In this document: positions 35,486 through 50,477 of the stretch, piece by piece
Layout: each line of letters begins with the position of its first letter
Position numbering within the stretch: the first letter of the stretch is position 1
Source of the DNA: Octopus sinensis
Taxonomy: Eukaryota
Reading direction: 5' to 3'
DNA length: 64,000 nucleotides
Assembly: GCF_006345805.1 (NCBI RefSeq)
Contig: NC_042997.1
Coordinates: 51,956,001 to 52,020,000 of the forward strand
The notes under the pieces: generated by a model
The model's input: only the letters and a program-made list of their open reading frames with translations
The model's database searches: none
What the model was told of the DNA's origin: nothing
Program-made: the position numbers and the translations under genes

Positions 35486-38004
35486 ATAACTCATTGTTGT
35501 TCAAGGCATACCAAGGTATACAAAAAAGATCGCTAATGCTAAAATACCTTCGGCTTTGTGGTAGTCGCCACATAGTCCTTACAGAAAATGCTGTGAAATA
35601 AATTCACGTCGTTTTAGAAGTCCATAAAATCTATTTTCAGATAAACACGTTTACTTAAAGTGTCTGTAGCTATAACTTGCTTTTCTATAACCCTCTTATT
35701 AAATACATTTGCTTCAAAGACTGTGTATTATTTGTCACTGAACTTTCTGACACGCCCTATATATATTATTGACTCATTTTTATTACTCATGAAGTAATAA
35801 AAATGCTTTTCATCTGCAGTCGTTTCACAAATTGTGTGATAGTTCGCTGCACTAAAGTTTTACTTGATGTTTTTCCTTCTTTTTCTTTTGGTGCATAGAA
35901 TGTCAGAAGTAATACCTATCTAACAAGACACGGGATTTATTTTGTTTGTGACTTGATTAATCCCGAAGAACAAATAGTGATCTTCCAATAAGCCAAAACT
36001 CAAAGTTGATTTCAATTCCCAGTTGAAGCTATATCATTCCACTTGAACCACTAGCGCTCTTGAGAGCAAACATAAATGTCACATTTGACATAAAATTCTT
36101 CCTAAGATATGGGTCTCTATTTATAATCATAATAAACCAATTTCTATCTATTTTGGATTGACGAGATCCCTTCAAGATGAGTACGCTTGGCTGTTTCTAT
36201 TTTAGGTGCGTAACCTGTGGAGGCATAATAAAAATAAATCTTTAATTTTACATTATGAATATATCAAATTAATACTGTAGTCTCGAGGCTCAATCCCATT
36301 TTAGGTTGTTTTGTTTTATGTGAATCTTTAGGGACTTCGTTACCAAGCGGTTTCAAATTTGAATACGAGCCGAATATTCCTCTACCCTGATCTATAATTG
36401 CAATCAAGTAGCCACTCTGGCATGGCTTTAAACTACACTGGTCTCTTTTATGTGATATTAGTATAAATTTGTAACCTGACTCAGTATTTGTGCCGCAAAC
36501 TCGTTGCTGTGTTGAGTTTATGTTGCTTCTCATCGGCTATTCTATTTTTCTGCATTAATGAATGTTCAGTCTTGTACATGGACTTAGTGATTTTTCCACC
36601 ACTACTTGAGCAAGTACCGTGAAGTCTATGCTTTGCTAATGAAATCATAATAAGGCCTGAATATATCTGGGGTTGTGTTCCTTACTTCCCAGAATAATGA
36701 AAACATTTGTCATCAACTAATATAGATTCTCTCAACACAAAATTATTTCACGTTAACTTTTCGATGCTCACTACAATAAATGTTAACACTATTACTACTT
36801 TTATTTCACATGTATGGCATCTGTGAGTTGCTTGACCTTAACCACTTGAGCATGTCCCTTAATGACTAACAATATGTGCATCTCTGATCACGAGCAGGAG
36901 CAGTGGGGGAGCATCATAGCCATATGCTGAGAGGGATTCTTTGGGGTTTGAATAAATGTAACAAAAGTAAAGTTTGAAGGAAATATTAGCCATTTTTCAT
37001 ACTTTCTAGAGGTAAGCAAATAGGAAATAACAGTTGCTACCCAAAAGCAAAAATTGTGTTACACAGTGTAATTTACTATTTCAGTGGATAATGTGGCGTT
37101 TATTCTTTGTTTATGAAGCCATAATAAGACCTAAACATGTCAGCTCTGTTTTGTTGAAATAATAATTAAAATATTCACTGTATTTCTGATTAGATTTTCG
37201 TATTGCTTCCTTCATTAAAATATATTTAATGTGGCCTCAAAATAGAAGTTAGTTTTAGTAAGTGTTGAGCACTGACTGAAGATGATGATAATGAAAAATA
37301 TAATTGTTTGTTTTTTTAATTTTCACATTAGCACAAAGGAACAAATTTATATTTGATGAGTTGTAATGTCATACTAATGACACTTTGTAAAAAGGTCATT
37401 TATTTATAACATACATTTATCAAATTAATACTTCGCGACAGTTGTACTTGTTACTGGATTACGCTCTCTGTTCGTTCTCAAGATACTATATTTCTACATT
37501 TTTCCATCCTTCTTGAAATCTTTCGTCTCAATTTATATTAAACACCACTGAGTCATTGATATTAGAATTGGCACAGCTCCTCATCATCAAACTAAACAAC
37601 AATACTTCTAAAATATTTATATTTGCGTGAGAATGTTTGGCTTGAAAGCATCGCACACAAGTCTCCAGTATGGAAAGGTTATAAAGAACAAAGGAAAATA
37701 TAGCATCCAAGAACTCTCGTTACTTTAGATATAGTTTCAAACTGACAATATATATGCTTAAATTGCGAAAATTACGCTTTTTTCTTTCTTTTCTTAATTT
37801 TTTCTCTTTCTTTTTTTTTTTTTTTTTGATTGCTCTAATGCTGAAAATATCATTTTCACTGTAATGGCGCAAACTTTCGTTTTCGCAGTCATATAGCATT
37901 GTAATTTTCAAATGAATTCAAGTTATTTTACTACCCCATTTACTGCAACATAGACTAGAAACGGCTGACCTATATATTAGTAGAATTGTATCTTTATTAT
38001 ATAA

Positions 38005-38032
38005 CTAGCTGAGATACCCGGTAATATCCGGG
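38005..38032 (-). mobile_element. Helitron-like 3' terminus (extent of element not determined)
   Basis: Minus strand reads CCCGG atatta CCGGG, 8 nt, then CTAG|T. Confidence 0.6.
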
Positions 38033-39066
38033 AGTGGGGATATTCTCAGAACACATTACAATGCCTAATTTCTCTCAGACGGAAAATGAAATCAAGACAT
38101 AGGTCAGATAATGGAAGGCGTAAGAAAATTCATTCACGAAACAATAATAGAAATAAATACGTGTTGAATCGGAAAATGACAATCGTTCGGTCAGATATAT
38201 ATAATCAATGGAGACATGAAGAAGGGGATTGTAAAGGAGTGATATGAAAAAAAAAAACAAGAACATAAAAGCTTGAAAAGTAAACAAAACATTATTTAGA
38301 GAAAAGGCACTTAACTTGACGACTGTGTTTCATGGGTATAGTTCCACTGATCGTGAGAATCAAATATCGATTGCAATGGTTAGAACCGACAATTTTAAGT
38401 GCAGGTGTTAAGAAAATAAATGCTACATGTTTTAGCACACAACGTTGCTGTTGTGGCGGACGTCCCTAGGTGAGAAGTAGATTGGTCCACTACTAAAAAA
38501 TAGTGGACAGACTCAGTAAGTAGTGTCAGTGAGCGAGGTATGCTGTTCGGGCCAGTCATGCAGACGAAGAGTTATTTACCTTAACATAATGCGCATTAAA
38601 AAGCTTGTGGTAATTTCTTGCATTTGAGAAGTTTTGCCTAAACAGGGATAAACATTTCTGGCTGTTTTCGTGAAACATTTTGAACAGAAGATTACACCAG
38701 GTTATATTTGTATTCTTAACCCTTTTGGGGAGTGAGGAATCCTTCCTGTACACTAATTTTGTTCTGATGTCACTCCTTGCTAACGCTTTGTTATAGCGGG
38801 GTGCAGCTCTTTTGGGGATATCTCTATCTAAAAAAAGAGTGGAGATTCTTCTATTGTTGCAGGAATAAATATTTGCCTGTGTTTAGATCTAATGCGATGT
38901 CCGAACAACTGTGAACTGTTAGACGTATTTTTTCCTTTGTCAGTGACCTTTCAATTAATGCAACTCTGGATCAAGCTGCTAGGACATATATTTAAACTTC
39001 ACGAAGCGTTCAATCACACATACAAACGCATGCACACATATATCTATATTAATTTCTATATCTGTC

Positions 39067-39129
<63 letters not shown>

Positions 39130-40748
39130 CTCACATCAACAGCGGAACACCAAATTTCTTGCATACTCTACTTACAAAAGAATTTGACGGACTAACTAGC
39201 ACTACGTGATATGGTAACAAAATAGCGTAATGTTCGTAGATGAGACACTTAGCGATAAAGCAAAAGCTTTAAGAAAATGTTCTGAGAAACTTATCTCGGT
39301 ATTAAAGCTGTGGGGGAAAATACTCAATACCTGCAAGTACTACCTCTTTAACAGGAATGACTATAGAAAGAAACTGTAAGATGTGCGACATAAACTCACT
39401 AATTCTAAACTAAGCAATATAGTTTATTACCTAAGGTGCCGAGAAGTTTCATGAACAAACTCCCCTTGGACTTACATTGAAGCGACAGCTCGTAATATAG
39501 GTGACAGTTTTGTCGAGTTGTACTGAAAAGAAACCTAGATAAACGTAAAATTTCGAACAGTAGACCTTCCTGTGAGTATCATATCAACACACCATCATTA
39601 TGCAGTATTTAAAAGGTTAACTTACATTGGTCTTGACACATTGCTAAAATGGATCAAAGATTTCTGAAGCATTTTTATCACCGGGAGTTGGTGGGAGAGA
39701 GGTCAAACGTTCGCATGATATACGCAAGACCTTTTTGAAGCTTTCATTAATGAACTTAAGGAGTGACTTGCTGTTGAGTGAACTATCTGGCGCAGTCACG
39801 TAATGAAAGCATCTGTGCAGGAGAGGAGTTGACCGCGCTGCACAAAAAAGGGAAATGGGAAAACCTAGAGATATCGACAGAGTTCTGTCTTAGTTATCAA
39901 TCATGATGATAAACGAACGCTTCTGTGTGTGATTGTGTATATGTGTGTGTGTTTGCGCGCGATCAAATATTAAATTAAACTGAATTATGCAGGAGTTGTT
40001 AGATGTAGGCCGATGTCTTATGAGTGAAATTTGATAGACAACATGGGTTATGAGTAACTATGTTAGTCATTAAAAAAACCCACCGAAAATAAGTAACGTC
40101 AACGAGTTACGTAATTAAATTAAGAAAAGCATAACGAAATATACATAATACCGGACATAACTTACACAGCTAATATAGCTTGCCTTGTGAATGATAAAAA
40201 TAATGCAGAGTTGTATGTATATGATTAATTTACACGATCTTTATGCTTATTCACAACCAGCGCCGTATTTTTACCCGTTATGAACGCTTGATTGTCAACT
40301 ATTTAGTTAGGCTTATCATTTTCTAATCTTATGTTTTCATGATGTACTTTCAGTTACTGGTAGATAGAGATAAGCTGCTTCATCCTAATTCCATGATCCC
40401 AAGCACTATAGTTAAATCACAGACTCAACTTTTACAACGTGACAAAATGCTTGTATGTTAAAGGTATTAATATAATTCCACTTCAAATATACACATATTA
40501 TTTCTATTTACCTACAGAAGCAGAAATACGTATTTTAAAAATGTCACCAGCGTTGCTGGACAATTTTTGTCTGCTACTGTGTCTTACACGTCTATAATAC
40601 ACATCTCGAAATGAATACCCTAGTTTGTCAAGTTTTCAACGATGTTTCTACTTTATATATGCTACACAGATCGGCAGTTGAAGCTGCTAGTGTTTCTGCC
40701 GCTCATAATGTTTGTACATACACACGCGCACACACAGACACAGACACA

Positions 40749-40815
<67 letters not shown>

Positions 40816-41010
40816 TGCATTTATATATATATATACATACATGCTTATATATATATATGTATATATAAATATATGCCAGTATATATATATATATATACAT
40901 ATATAGTTAATCCAAACAAGAAAACACAGAAAAAAAGAGAAAAAAACAGCAACGCGAGGACGTGGAACAATTAAAGTATTATTTGACGCTCAGGAAAGAA
41001 GGGAAGGAGG

Positions 41011-41045
41011 GTTTAACGTTTCGAGCGGAGCTCTTCGTCGGAAAC
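41011..41045 (-). ncRNA. Minimal type I hammerhead-ribozyme-like motif
   Basis: GTTT-CCGACGA-A-GAGC tcc GCTC-GAAA-CG-TT-AAAC, inside an element starting at a (TA)n tract (~40905). Confidence 0.65.
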
Positions 41046-41677
41046 AAGGAGAAGGAAAGATCCCAAGAAGGGGAGACAGAGGAAAAAATATTTTTGCTGG
41101 TGGTGCTCAAGAGATCACATGTTGAAAGAACAGAAGTTGGGAGGTAGACGAATCATGATTTTTAAAAGCAAGAGAGTTTCAAAAAAAGGGAAATGTGTGT
41201 GGGTGCGTGGGTGTGTGTGTGTGTGTGTGTGTGTGCAAGGATGTCAAGTGTGTTTGTGCGTGCGTGTGTGTGTGTGTATGTGTGGTGAATAATAAGCAAT
41301 GGCAAGTAAGCAGTCATAAGGCACTCCTTTATGACAAGCTGGCTTGTTTGTATCCAGCCAGGTCAAAGCCAGGTCAAAAAAACAAAGGGGTATATGTATC
41401 ATGTGTGTGTGTTGTTTGTAGTGTGTGTGTGTGTATGTGTGTGTTCGTGTGTGTATGCGTAGAGTGTGGGTGTGTGGCGAGTAACTGCTTAACCTAGTGT
41501 ATATGTGCGTGTGTGTGTAGGGATGTATGTGTGGGTTCATATATATATATATTATACATATATATATGTTTATATATATATATAGTGAGAATTTACAGAA
41601 ACACAAAATAAAAGACGAAGACGGGTGTGTAAACAACAAACAGATGTATTAGTTTAACGCTCGGGAAATGAGAAAGT

Positions 41678-41713
41678 CTTTTACGTTTCGAGCCATCGCT
41701 CTTCGACAGAAAG
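41678..41713 (-). ncRNA. Minimal hammerhead-like motif, A6U variant
   Basis: CTTT-CTGTCGA-A-GAGC gatg GCTC-GAAA-CG-TA-AAAG. A related element starts at ~63910 and is cut by the window edge. Confidence 0.55.
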
Positions 41714-42844
41714 GAAATAGAAATAAACAGGGAGAGAAAAAAAAATGTTATGCACGCACACAGTCTCGCTCAAAAACTTTTTCCTGTGGTTTACCGATAG
41801 TCCTTTAGGATTTTGGAATGAGGATTAAAAACCGACTAATTTCGTCTTTCAGTAAGGGTTCGATAGATATCGCTTGTCTTTGCCTTCTGGTAACTAAAAG
41901 TAAGCTAAATGTGAGATTAAGTTTTGACAAATATAGCTAAGCATGAAATGTATTTATATAATGTTAGAAAATTAACAAACAAGATTTCATAACCAAACTA
42001 TCAATGTAGAACGGGTTAAGAATAAGCATAGAGAATGGGTTCGAGGCTAAATATTTAATCTATGATATAGGTAGGTATAACACCATACGCAAGCGTGCGC
42101 ACCACACACACAAACACACACAAACGTATAAGCATCGAAGAATGGAGTAAGCAATATTCCTTTTAATACATTGTTTACAATTGTTTTATCAATTCACATT
42201 TTATCCTATGTTGCGTCGCTTTTTTTTTTACCACACGGGATATTATTGTACATTTTTTTTCTCAGAGTATTTTGAAACAGACTCCTCGGTACTTTGTAAA
42301 ACGCAATATGTTAGATTAATTCAGCAATCTCGCTGATCATTACTCTCATACCATTTTGAAGTGGGTAATTCCTACTAATCAAATTCACCCAAAAGAAACT
42401 GAAGAGAGTAGATAAAAGGGATGAAGGCGGTTTAGCAGAATTTGACAAGATACTTAGTTCCGTTCTGGTTTGACTATTTGGTTTACCAGTACAAGGATGT
42501 ATCCCGCTGTATTACCTCCTATATGAGTGTTTATTACAAAAGTATTTGCACATTTTAAAAAACAAACAAAAAAACAACAAGCAAACGAAAAATAGAAGAA
42601 AAAAAAGTAACTTTAGACTCGATTTCGCTTTTTGTTCAGAATTTTGTTTTTATCTTTTAGCCAGAAAGAAAGACAGTGCTCATGACTTGTCATAGGGATT
42701 ACAGTGGCACGGAGAAAGGTATCCTGAAACCAGAATCCTGCCCCAAATTCTCGCAACTGAGTGGACTCCGCTAAAAGCACCCAAGGTGATACGTGGTGAT
42801 ACTAAACTAAGCAAAGGGTTAAGTCAACCACTCAAGTAGATTGC

Positions 42845-43075
42845 AAATATGGCGAGAATTGAACTCAGAATACACAGAACAAATACCGCAAGGCATCTGG
42901 TCCGACGTTCTTACAGTTCCTTCAATCCACCATCTTCGATTGGTGCTTTTTATCAACTCCAAAAGGATGAAAGGAAAAGTATATCTCAGCAGGATTTGAA
43001 TTCGAAATGCAGAGGGTGGGATCAAATATCGTGGGTTACTCTGGTCGCCGTTCTAACAACTTTGTCAATTCGCCG
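42845..43075 (-). mobile_element. Decayed SINE family A pieces
   Basis: GAATTGAACTCAGAA and AAAGGATGAAAGG..ATCTCAGCAGGATTTGAA match the family A reverse complement. Confidence 0.6.
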
Positions 43076-43697
43076 TGATAAAAAAAAAAGTCTTCATTTA
43101 CTACACTAATGCTATTCGTAAATTCATACTTAAAACATAAATTACTGGAAAGAATTTGTCTAGTAGATGCTAAAGTATATTTAACCGAGTAAATAAGTTA
43201 GAATTGTTATCATGACCTTCTATTTATCAACAATATCGCTTTCCTAAAAGAAATCTAATTTCAATAAAGCTAAGATCAAGTATCCACCCAATACACAGAC
43301 CATAAAAATTAGATTCCAGTGAAATTAACTCCAAATTTCTTGAAATTATCTTCCCTTTCCTCAACTGAATAACGTTTACGATAATTCATTTTTTAATGCT
43401 GAAAGAAAACTCAACGATTTCAGGATTTTTTTTTTTATCTACGTCACTCATTTGTACAGTTGCTGACATGAATAAACGGTTACTTTGTAACATACATACT
43501 TGTTCCTGGTTGTAATGAAATTTTGTGGTAATGGTTTAAAGCTATTGGCATTTAAGAAAAAAAAAACAAAAAAAAAAAAAACAAAGCAAACCAGCGATGG
43601 TTTGCATAATCACACGAACTTAACATTATATTCTGAATTTTTTTTCTTTTTTCTTGTTTTGCATTTAGCTGTTATTGCCTGAATGACCTTTTTTTAT

Positions 43698-43841
<144 letters not shown>

Positions 43842-46145
43842 TGTTTATCTATCTATTTAGCTATCTATCTGTCCGTCTGTCTATCTAACCAGCTATATAA
43901 TATAATAAATATTGAATCATTCTTTACCGGCTAAAAGGTAACTGGTATTTTGTTCCCCTTTCTAATTCCTTTTCCTTAAAACCGATTTCGCTTTAGATGA
44001 TGATAGTAAGTACAAATAAAGACTTTCTTCAATCTATATCTTATTCCGACGCACTAACGACGAGGCATTTGATGTATAATTACAATATGATGGTGTACAT
44101 AATGAGTTGCGTTTTGCAATGTCACTTTGAGTACCTAGTAAAAAGTTGATGATTATCACCAGAAAGTAAATGAACATTCCAACCCTCGAAATGAAAAGCT
44201 AGTATTATACCCACTTACCACGGAACATTCAATACTCTACATGTCTTGGTATAAATATTGTATTATCGCTTCCCATATTTGCAATCTACTTCTCAAAAAT
44301 AAGCCATTTTGAAGAGGTCTATTTTTATTTTAAAACGAAACATATCCATTGATGAAATAGAAACGATTTCAGATCTTTGGTTCACATGTCATAAATTAGT
44401 ATTTTGCTAGGTACGCGGAATTCGAAAAAAAGTAAAAGAATTATAATCCGAGAAAATTATAATCGTTATTAATAATAAGTCATCTCAGAAACTAAAAAAA
44501 ATTAATACTCATGATTTATTTGTTGCATTTCACCTGACTGAAACGGAATCGATTATTTCGAGGTTAGCTGAGAATAAGTTCGAATTCAGCCAATTTTGAC
44601 TCGGAATTTGATTCATCAAAGTAATTACGTAGCCACAAGATATACTTTAAAAAGATGATCCACTTGTTCAAATGATCGGAATAAAAAAAAATACAAAATT
44701 GTTAACAAACAGAGAGTTCTATAATGGAAAGAGTGTCCTCAGACAAGGCACTTCTAAAATCTTACCACGAACTAATCAGATGGTTAAGAAACAAACGGTT
44801 ATATTGACATTACGTGTTTTATGACATAATGCACCGCACTGGTCCTAAATTTTTCCCAGTGTAATAACATAATAGAATATTTTACAATCATAAATCGTTT
44901 GAATTTTAATCCTGGTTACTTTTTTAGATACTAAGTAAAATATATTTTAAATTTTAAAGAAAGTTCATGGAAGATTTCTATATGTTTGTAGTGCACTTTC
45001 ATTTTACCAAAAGTCTCACGCAAAAAAAAAAAAGAAAAAATTACTCATAAACCTGATCTGATGTGCATATTATGAAACTAATAGGACTTTCATTTCACTG
45101 TAAAAATACACGAAAATCGACTCAACTGCCTTTCAAGTTCTACATATCACGTGATTATACCCAATCCCATCTTTAACAACAAATCGATAATCAATTGATT
45201 GTTGCACAATTTATTTTTGGTGGGTTTTTATTTGGAAGCTACAACTTACTGGGTGTTAACTAAACGGGTATAATTCGCTTATCGACAGTATCTTTCATTG
45301 TTGATAATTATATCGCATATGACGTGACTAGAATACTATCTTTTATCTAGTCGATAATCAACTAATCGAGTCGCAATTTGTTTTTGATGCGCCCTTCACT
45401 AGGAACGCCATTTTCCTTCTGGAGTCAATTTGATGTTATTTAAATAGGCTCATCCAGCTTCTACAACTATGCATCTATAATATAAATCCTGTTCTGTATG
45501 TGTGTGAGTGTGCGTGTGTGTGTAAAAGATTATAACGACCGCATTTTTCAACTGATTTTCTACAAACTGGGAACATATATTATGTTCCAGGAATGGTTTT
45601 AGACTCAACTTTTTCACGTAATGAGTAACGGACCCCCTGGGTGCAGAAAATACCCGTTCCTGAGTTACGTGGAGAAGGGAGGCAACTCTTTGCGAAGTAA
45701 CTTTCAGAAATTGATTGTCTTCCTTACATCCATTCGTCATAGAAGAAAATGTTGTGTTGTGAATTTATGGAAAGAAATCCCACAAAACTCAACAAATTTG
45801 ATTGAAATGGAGAAGAGATGTTAAAATATACAAGAGAATTTTAATTCATGCAGACGATCGTTTCGTACAGCAATATAAAAATCATGCAAATTCATGGTTG
45901 AATTGAACTAATTAAATTAATTAGATTAAATTAAATTAATCATATATCACTGTGCTCTTCGGCGCAAAAAGTATAAACAACGTTTTTGCAAAGGACTTGA
46001 GAAAGGAAAAAGCAGAATAGGATCTAGGAGATTCATATTTATCCTTATGAAAAAGGAAGATATATCTGAGTCCAGTTAAGTATTAACTAAAACTAGTTAA
46101 TATCTGATTGGATTCACACATATTTTCCTATATTTTCCTTTCTCA

Positions 46146-46227
<82 letters not shown>

Positions 46228-46278
46228 GCTAGCTAGCTAGCTAGCTAGCTAGCTAGCTTGCTAGCTATCTATCTATCT
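46146..46278. repeat. Compound (TATC)n-(TAGC)n microsatellite; one of dozens of (TA)n, (CA)n, (TACA)n and (CT)n tracts in the window
   Basis: Read directly. Confidence 0.95.
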
Positions 46279-47224
46279 AAGCGTTCTTCTTTGTTTGAGG
46301 TTATTACCCTTCTATTTCGACCATTTTCATTCTCAAAACCTGAACCATCAGTGATCCAACGGGTCATAGGTGGCCTAGTATCAAATGTTCTTATTCACGA
46401 AGTTTTCCAGTTTTACTTCGTGCATTATTTTGCGTCATACATTTTTTCTTTTTTTACTTATAATGAACTCGTCTTAATTTCACACCACTAAGTGAACATA
46501 ACGAATATTTTTGTCGTATTTTACAACTTGTACGCACAAGAAACGCTTGGTACTTTTTTACTTCCTTGTTTGTTCCCCAAAGTCATATATTTTGTTGATT
46601 ACATCTCAGTTCTGCAACATATTTTTATTTCGGCATGCCCTACTTTCTTTTAACATGCTTTTATATTAAAAGTTTGATTTCTAAGTACAGATTTTTTTTA
46701 TGTGGGAAGATTATTTGTAATATTTACTAGTGACTAATTCTCGGACAAGATCAGATTTCACCGTAACCTACTGAAAACAGAGGTTGCTTAATTATACCTA
46801 CAGTGTCACGACTGAAAGTATATTTGAACTATTTTTGTTTTAGCTAGATATTATATATGACTAATGGAAGAAGAATAAATAATTCTACAATGTAAATTGC
46901 AGTAAGGAGCGAAGAGTGTGACGTTTTGGGTTTCTGCTTTTCATCTGAGAAAAGGAAAAGAAAGGGTAAGTAGTAATGTTATTCTGGTTGTAAGGAAATG
47001 AATACAGAAAAGAAAAAAGTAATTTAGCTTTGGTTGAGAGGTAATGAGTAGTATTGTCACTTTGGCTGTGAGATTAAATAGTAATGAAGAGAGAGAAGGA
47101 AGTGATGTATCTTTGGTTGCAGGGTAAAATATAAACAAAAAGAGAGAAAGGGTGTTACTTTGATCGTAGACAAATTTATTGCTTACTTGCCTACAACGAA
47201 ACTGACAATAATTTCTTCTTTCAA

Positions 47225-47440
47225 GGCGGCGAGCTGGCAGAAACGTTAGCACGCCGGGCGAAATACTTAGAGGTATTTCATCTGTCTTTATGTTCTGAGT
47301 TCAAATTCCACCGAGGTTGACTTTGCCTTTCATCTTTTCGAGGTCGATAAATTAAATATCAGTTGCATACTAGGGTCGATCGAATCAACTGATCCCTTCC
47401 CCCCAAATTGCGGGCCTTGTGCCTAGAGTAGAAAAGAGTA
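47225..47440 (+). mobile_element. SINE family A copy
   Basis: GGCGGCGAGCTGGCAGAAACGTTAGCACGCCGGGCG...GACTTTGCCTTTCATC. Confidence 0.85.
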
Positions 47441-48079
47441 TTTTCTTCTTCCTCTTCTTTATTCTCTTTACAACAAAAGGCTCGACATCGCCTTCTCTCT
47501 CTCTCTCTAATTGAGAGTCAAAAAGCAAGGGCCTGATATTAAATCCCTCACTTTTCACTGCGACCGAACTTATCAAACTCTTCTACAAATTCTTTTATGG
47601 ATTAATTGTACTGACATACATCCTCAAAGGTTTCTTTCAATTTCGAATCTTAACCTATATCAGACTGTCAGCAATCATATACTAATACACATATAATATC
47701 AGTTTAATGAGCAGCTGCTCAAAACAGTGTGTGAAATTGTATACCATTGAACTAAGAACAACCCAAGAGGTAAGTCACTTTAAAGCAGGCTTTATTTAAT
47801 TCATTGAAAGTCTAAGTTCTGACAGAACTACCAGAGATTGCAGTTTATAAAGTATTTATAGCTACACAGCCAGCAACTGCAGAATCTTGGGTAGATTCAA
47901 CCATTTATATCGTTATTAGAATAACATGAAATATCACCTTGCAAAAGACAAAACCACATCTTTTAAGAACAATATCGTAACATACGCATGCGCGCCCACA
48001 CACATTCACTCTCTTTTCTCTCTGTCTCTGTCTGTCTGTCTCTCTCATATCTCGCCATCTTTGTATCATACTAAACGTA

Positions 48080-49130
48080 CCCTCAGGAGACACATAATGC
48101 AGTAGAATTGCGCTTAATTACACGGTAAGGACTAGAGTAACGTGGCGTCGATTGACCCTTAAAGAAATCGTTTCGAATAAACACGTGCGTCCATGTGAAT
48201 ATGTCAGAAGAAACCACAGAAGGTACAGACTGTTGTCTAGTTAACATTGGAGGTAGGTCCACAAAGAAGGATCTAAGTTGAGTGATATACGAAGTTGGTT
48301 CGGCATTCTGTACATCAACGGGTGCTAACATTTGGCTAGGTAGTGCCAAAGTGGTGCCATACAAGAGTTCGGCAGAAGAGTATCCCAAAACTGCGTTGAT
48401 GGCTGAACAATAGGAAGGAATTCCGACCAACAGTGGGGTTCAGGAGCAGCACGAATCGCGGATTTTAGCCGTCTATGAAAACACTCTACCATTCCGTTAG
48501 CAGCGGGGTGGTAGCCTGTGGTGTGAATATGCTGTATTCCGAGTAACTGTGACTGTTCACGAAATAGACTAGCTTTAAACTGGCGACCGCGATCAGTCGT
48601 GATCCTGGGGGGTACTCCAAAACGATTGATCCAACATGAAATGAGTGCTGTGGAAACAGAGACTGTAGAAATGTCCGCTAGAGGAATGGCTTCATGCCAT
48701 CTGGAGAATCTGTCAATGCAGGTCAGGATATACGTGAACCCGCAACTGATAGGCCATGGACCAACAATGTCGATATGAATGTGCTGGAACCTGGAATCCG
48801 GCGGCTGGAAGTTCCCCAAAGGAGCTCGCTCATGTCTATGTATTTTCCCACGCCGACGACGTAAACAGGCGTTTGACCAAACAGTAATAGAACGTCGCAT
48901 ATTTGGCCGGAAAAATCGAGCCGAAATAAGTTTAACCGTGGCTGCAATGCCTAGGTGTGATAGCGAGTACAAGGCTTCGAAAACAGGACGACGATATTGC
49001 TCGGGTTTTTCTACAGCCCTGCAAGCCTCTGCAATACCAGTGAATATACGTATTAATCCCTGTTTATTACATACTGAAATATAAAGTTTGTAAGCAGGCG
49101 ATAATCGAGTGCACGACACCGACTGGCGTC
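48080..49130 (-). mobile_element. Gypsy (Ty3/Metaviridae) integrase pseudogene
   Basis: Decayed HHCC region (SHLGIAAT), [57 protein letters not shown], then SSAELLYG and a GPY/F-like SPYRV. Confidence 0.92.
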
Positions 49131-49466
49131 AACAAAGGCGAAACAAGTCTGTTGTTCTCGTGAGTTGTTATTTTTCGGTAAGATAAGGCAAGTTAGCATA
49201 TTTGTTCTTCCAGCAGTTAGCGGAAATGTGAAGAGAAGTTCAAGTGGTAATGAGTTTGTAGGCGGAGTTTATGTTACAGTTTACCAAATGAAACCAACAA
49301 AACGTTTACTGCTCGATTCTATGGAGAGGTGCGGCATTGAGTAGCTAGTTGGAACACACTTATTGTGTAACTACATAAATAAAATCATCTCATGACTATT
49401 GCTACAAGGACAATTAAAACTAGAACGTAGATTTTCTTGAACTAAAACTTTGAAACTACAATTTAA

Positions 49467-49688
49467 CCCTTTCGATACCAACCCGGCTAAAACCACCTCT
49501 GGATCTGTTGTACAAATGTCTTGTTTTCATAAGTTTTGAATTAAAATCTTCCACCAAACTTTAGTCACAATTTATGTTTCTAACACTAGCTTAGTGATAA
49601 CTAAATTATTTTACTAAATTCTTTGTTATATTTACAATTAAGTGAAAGAAACACAGAGCATCTCAACAGAAATATGGTAACAAAAGGG
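49467..49688. mobile_element. piggyBac-type MITE
   Basis: TTAA|CCCTTTCGATACCA ... TGGTAACAAAAGGG|T-TTAA. Confidence 0.8.
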
Positions 49689-49847
49689 TTTAAAGCATTT
49701 GCGTACTAGTGCTAGTAGGTCTGAACAATAACACGAATGCTGGAATTGCTGGGTTCCTGAATGACTAAAAGGACTATTATGTTCTATAAATTGTATGAAC
49801 TGAAACAATATATGAGCAATGTACAGCAAAAATATCTTATTTTTTTT

Positions 49848-50170
49848 TACTTGTTTCAGTCATTGGGATGCGGCCATGCTGTGGCACCGCCGAGAAAGGT
49901 TTAGTCGATCAAATAAACTCCCGTACTTATTTTTACTTGTACTTATTCTCTGAACCAAATTACGGGGACAAAAACAAACCAGCATCGGTTGTCAAGTCGT
50001 GGAGTTACAGAACAGACCTAAACACATACATATATACATTGAGCTTCCACATAGTTTCTGCCGACTAGATTTACTCATAAGGCATTGGTCTGCACGGGAA
50101 TATAGTAAAAACTCTTTTTCCAACGTGGCTGCAAAGCGAACTTCTTAACCATACAGCCATGCCTGCACCT
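49848..50170 (-). mobile_element. SINE family B copy (decayed)
   Basis: TTACTTGTTTCAGTCATT..GCGGCCATGCTG ... CTTAACCATACAGCCATGCCTGC. Confidence 0.75.
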
Positions 50171-50429
50171 GTAATATCTCTAATAATTTCACTTTTTATA
50201 CAAATTTACTTAAGATTTTTTTTTCAGAAACTTCTATATAACAGTTAATATTGCTGGTGCAATTTCTGCTGCTGCTATTCCCTGCTGGTGTTAATGTTGC
50301 CGTTGCTATGTTTAGCAATTAGACTAAAACCACAGAACTTCAAAAATGTCAGAAATATTTTACGAATTAATAGACACAGTGAATTTTCGAGTAGATAAAA
50401 AGCATGAAGTTTGTTTCATAAGCTTTTAA

Positions 50430-50477
<48 letters not shown>

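Noticed and set aside
35900-36760. ORF 36264-36533 as a host gene or LINE endonuclease
   Set aside because: Only a faint SKIDR-like motif lies nearby on the minus strand. It may be an ancient L1/Tx1 remnant but is too decayed to call.
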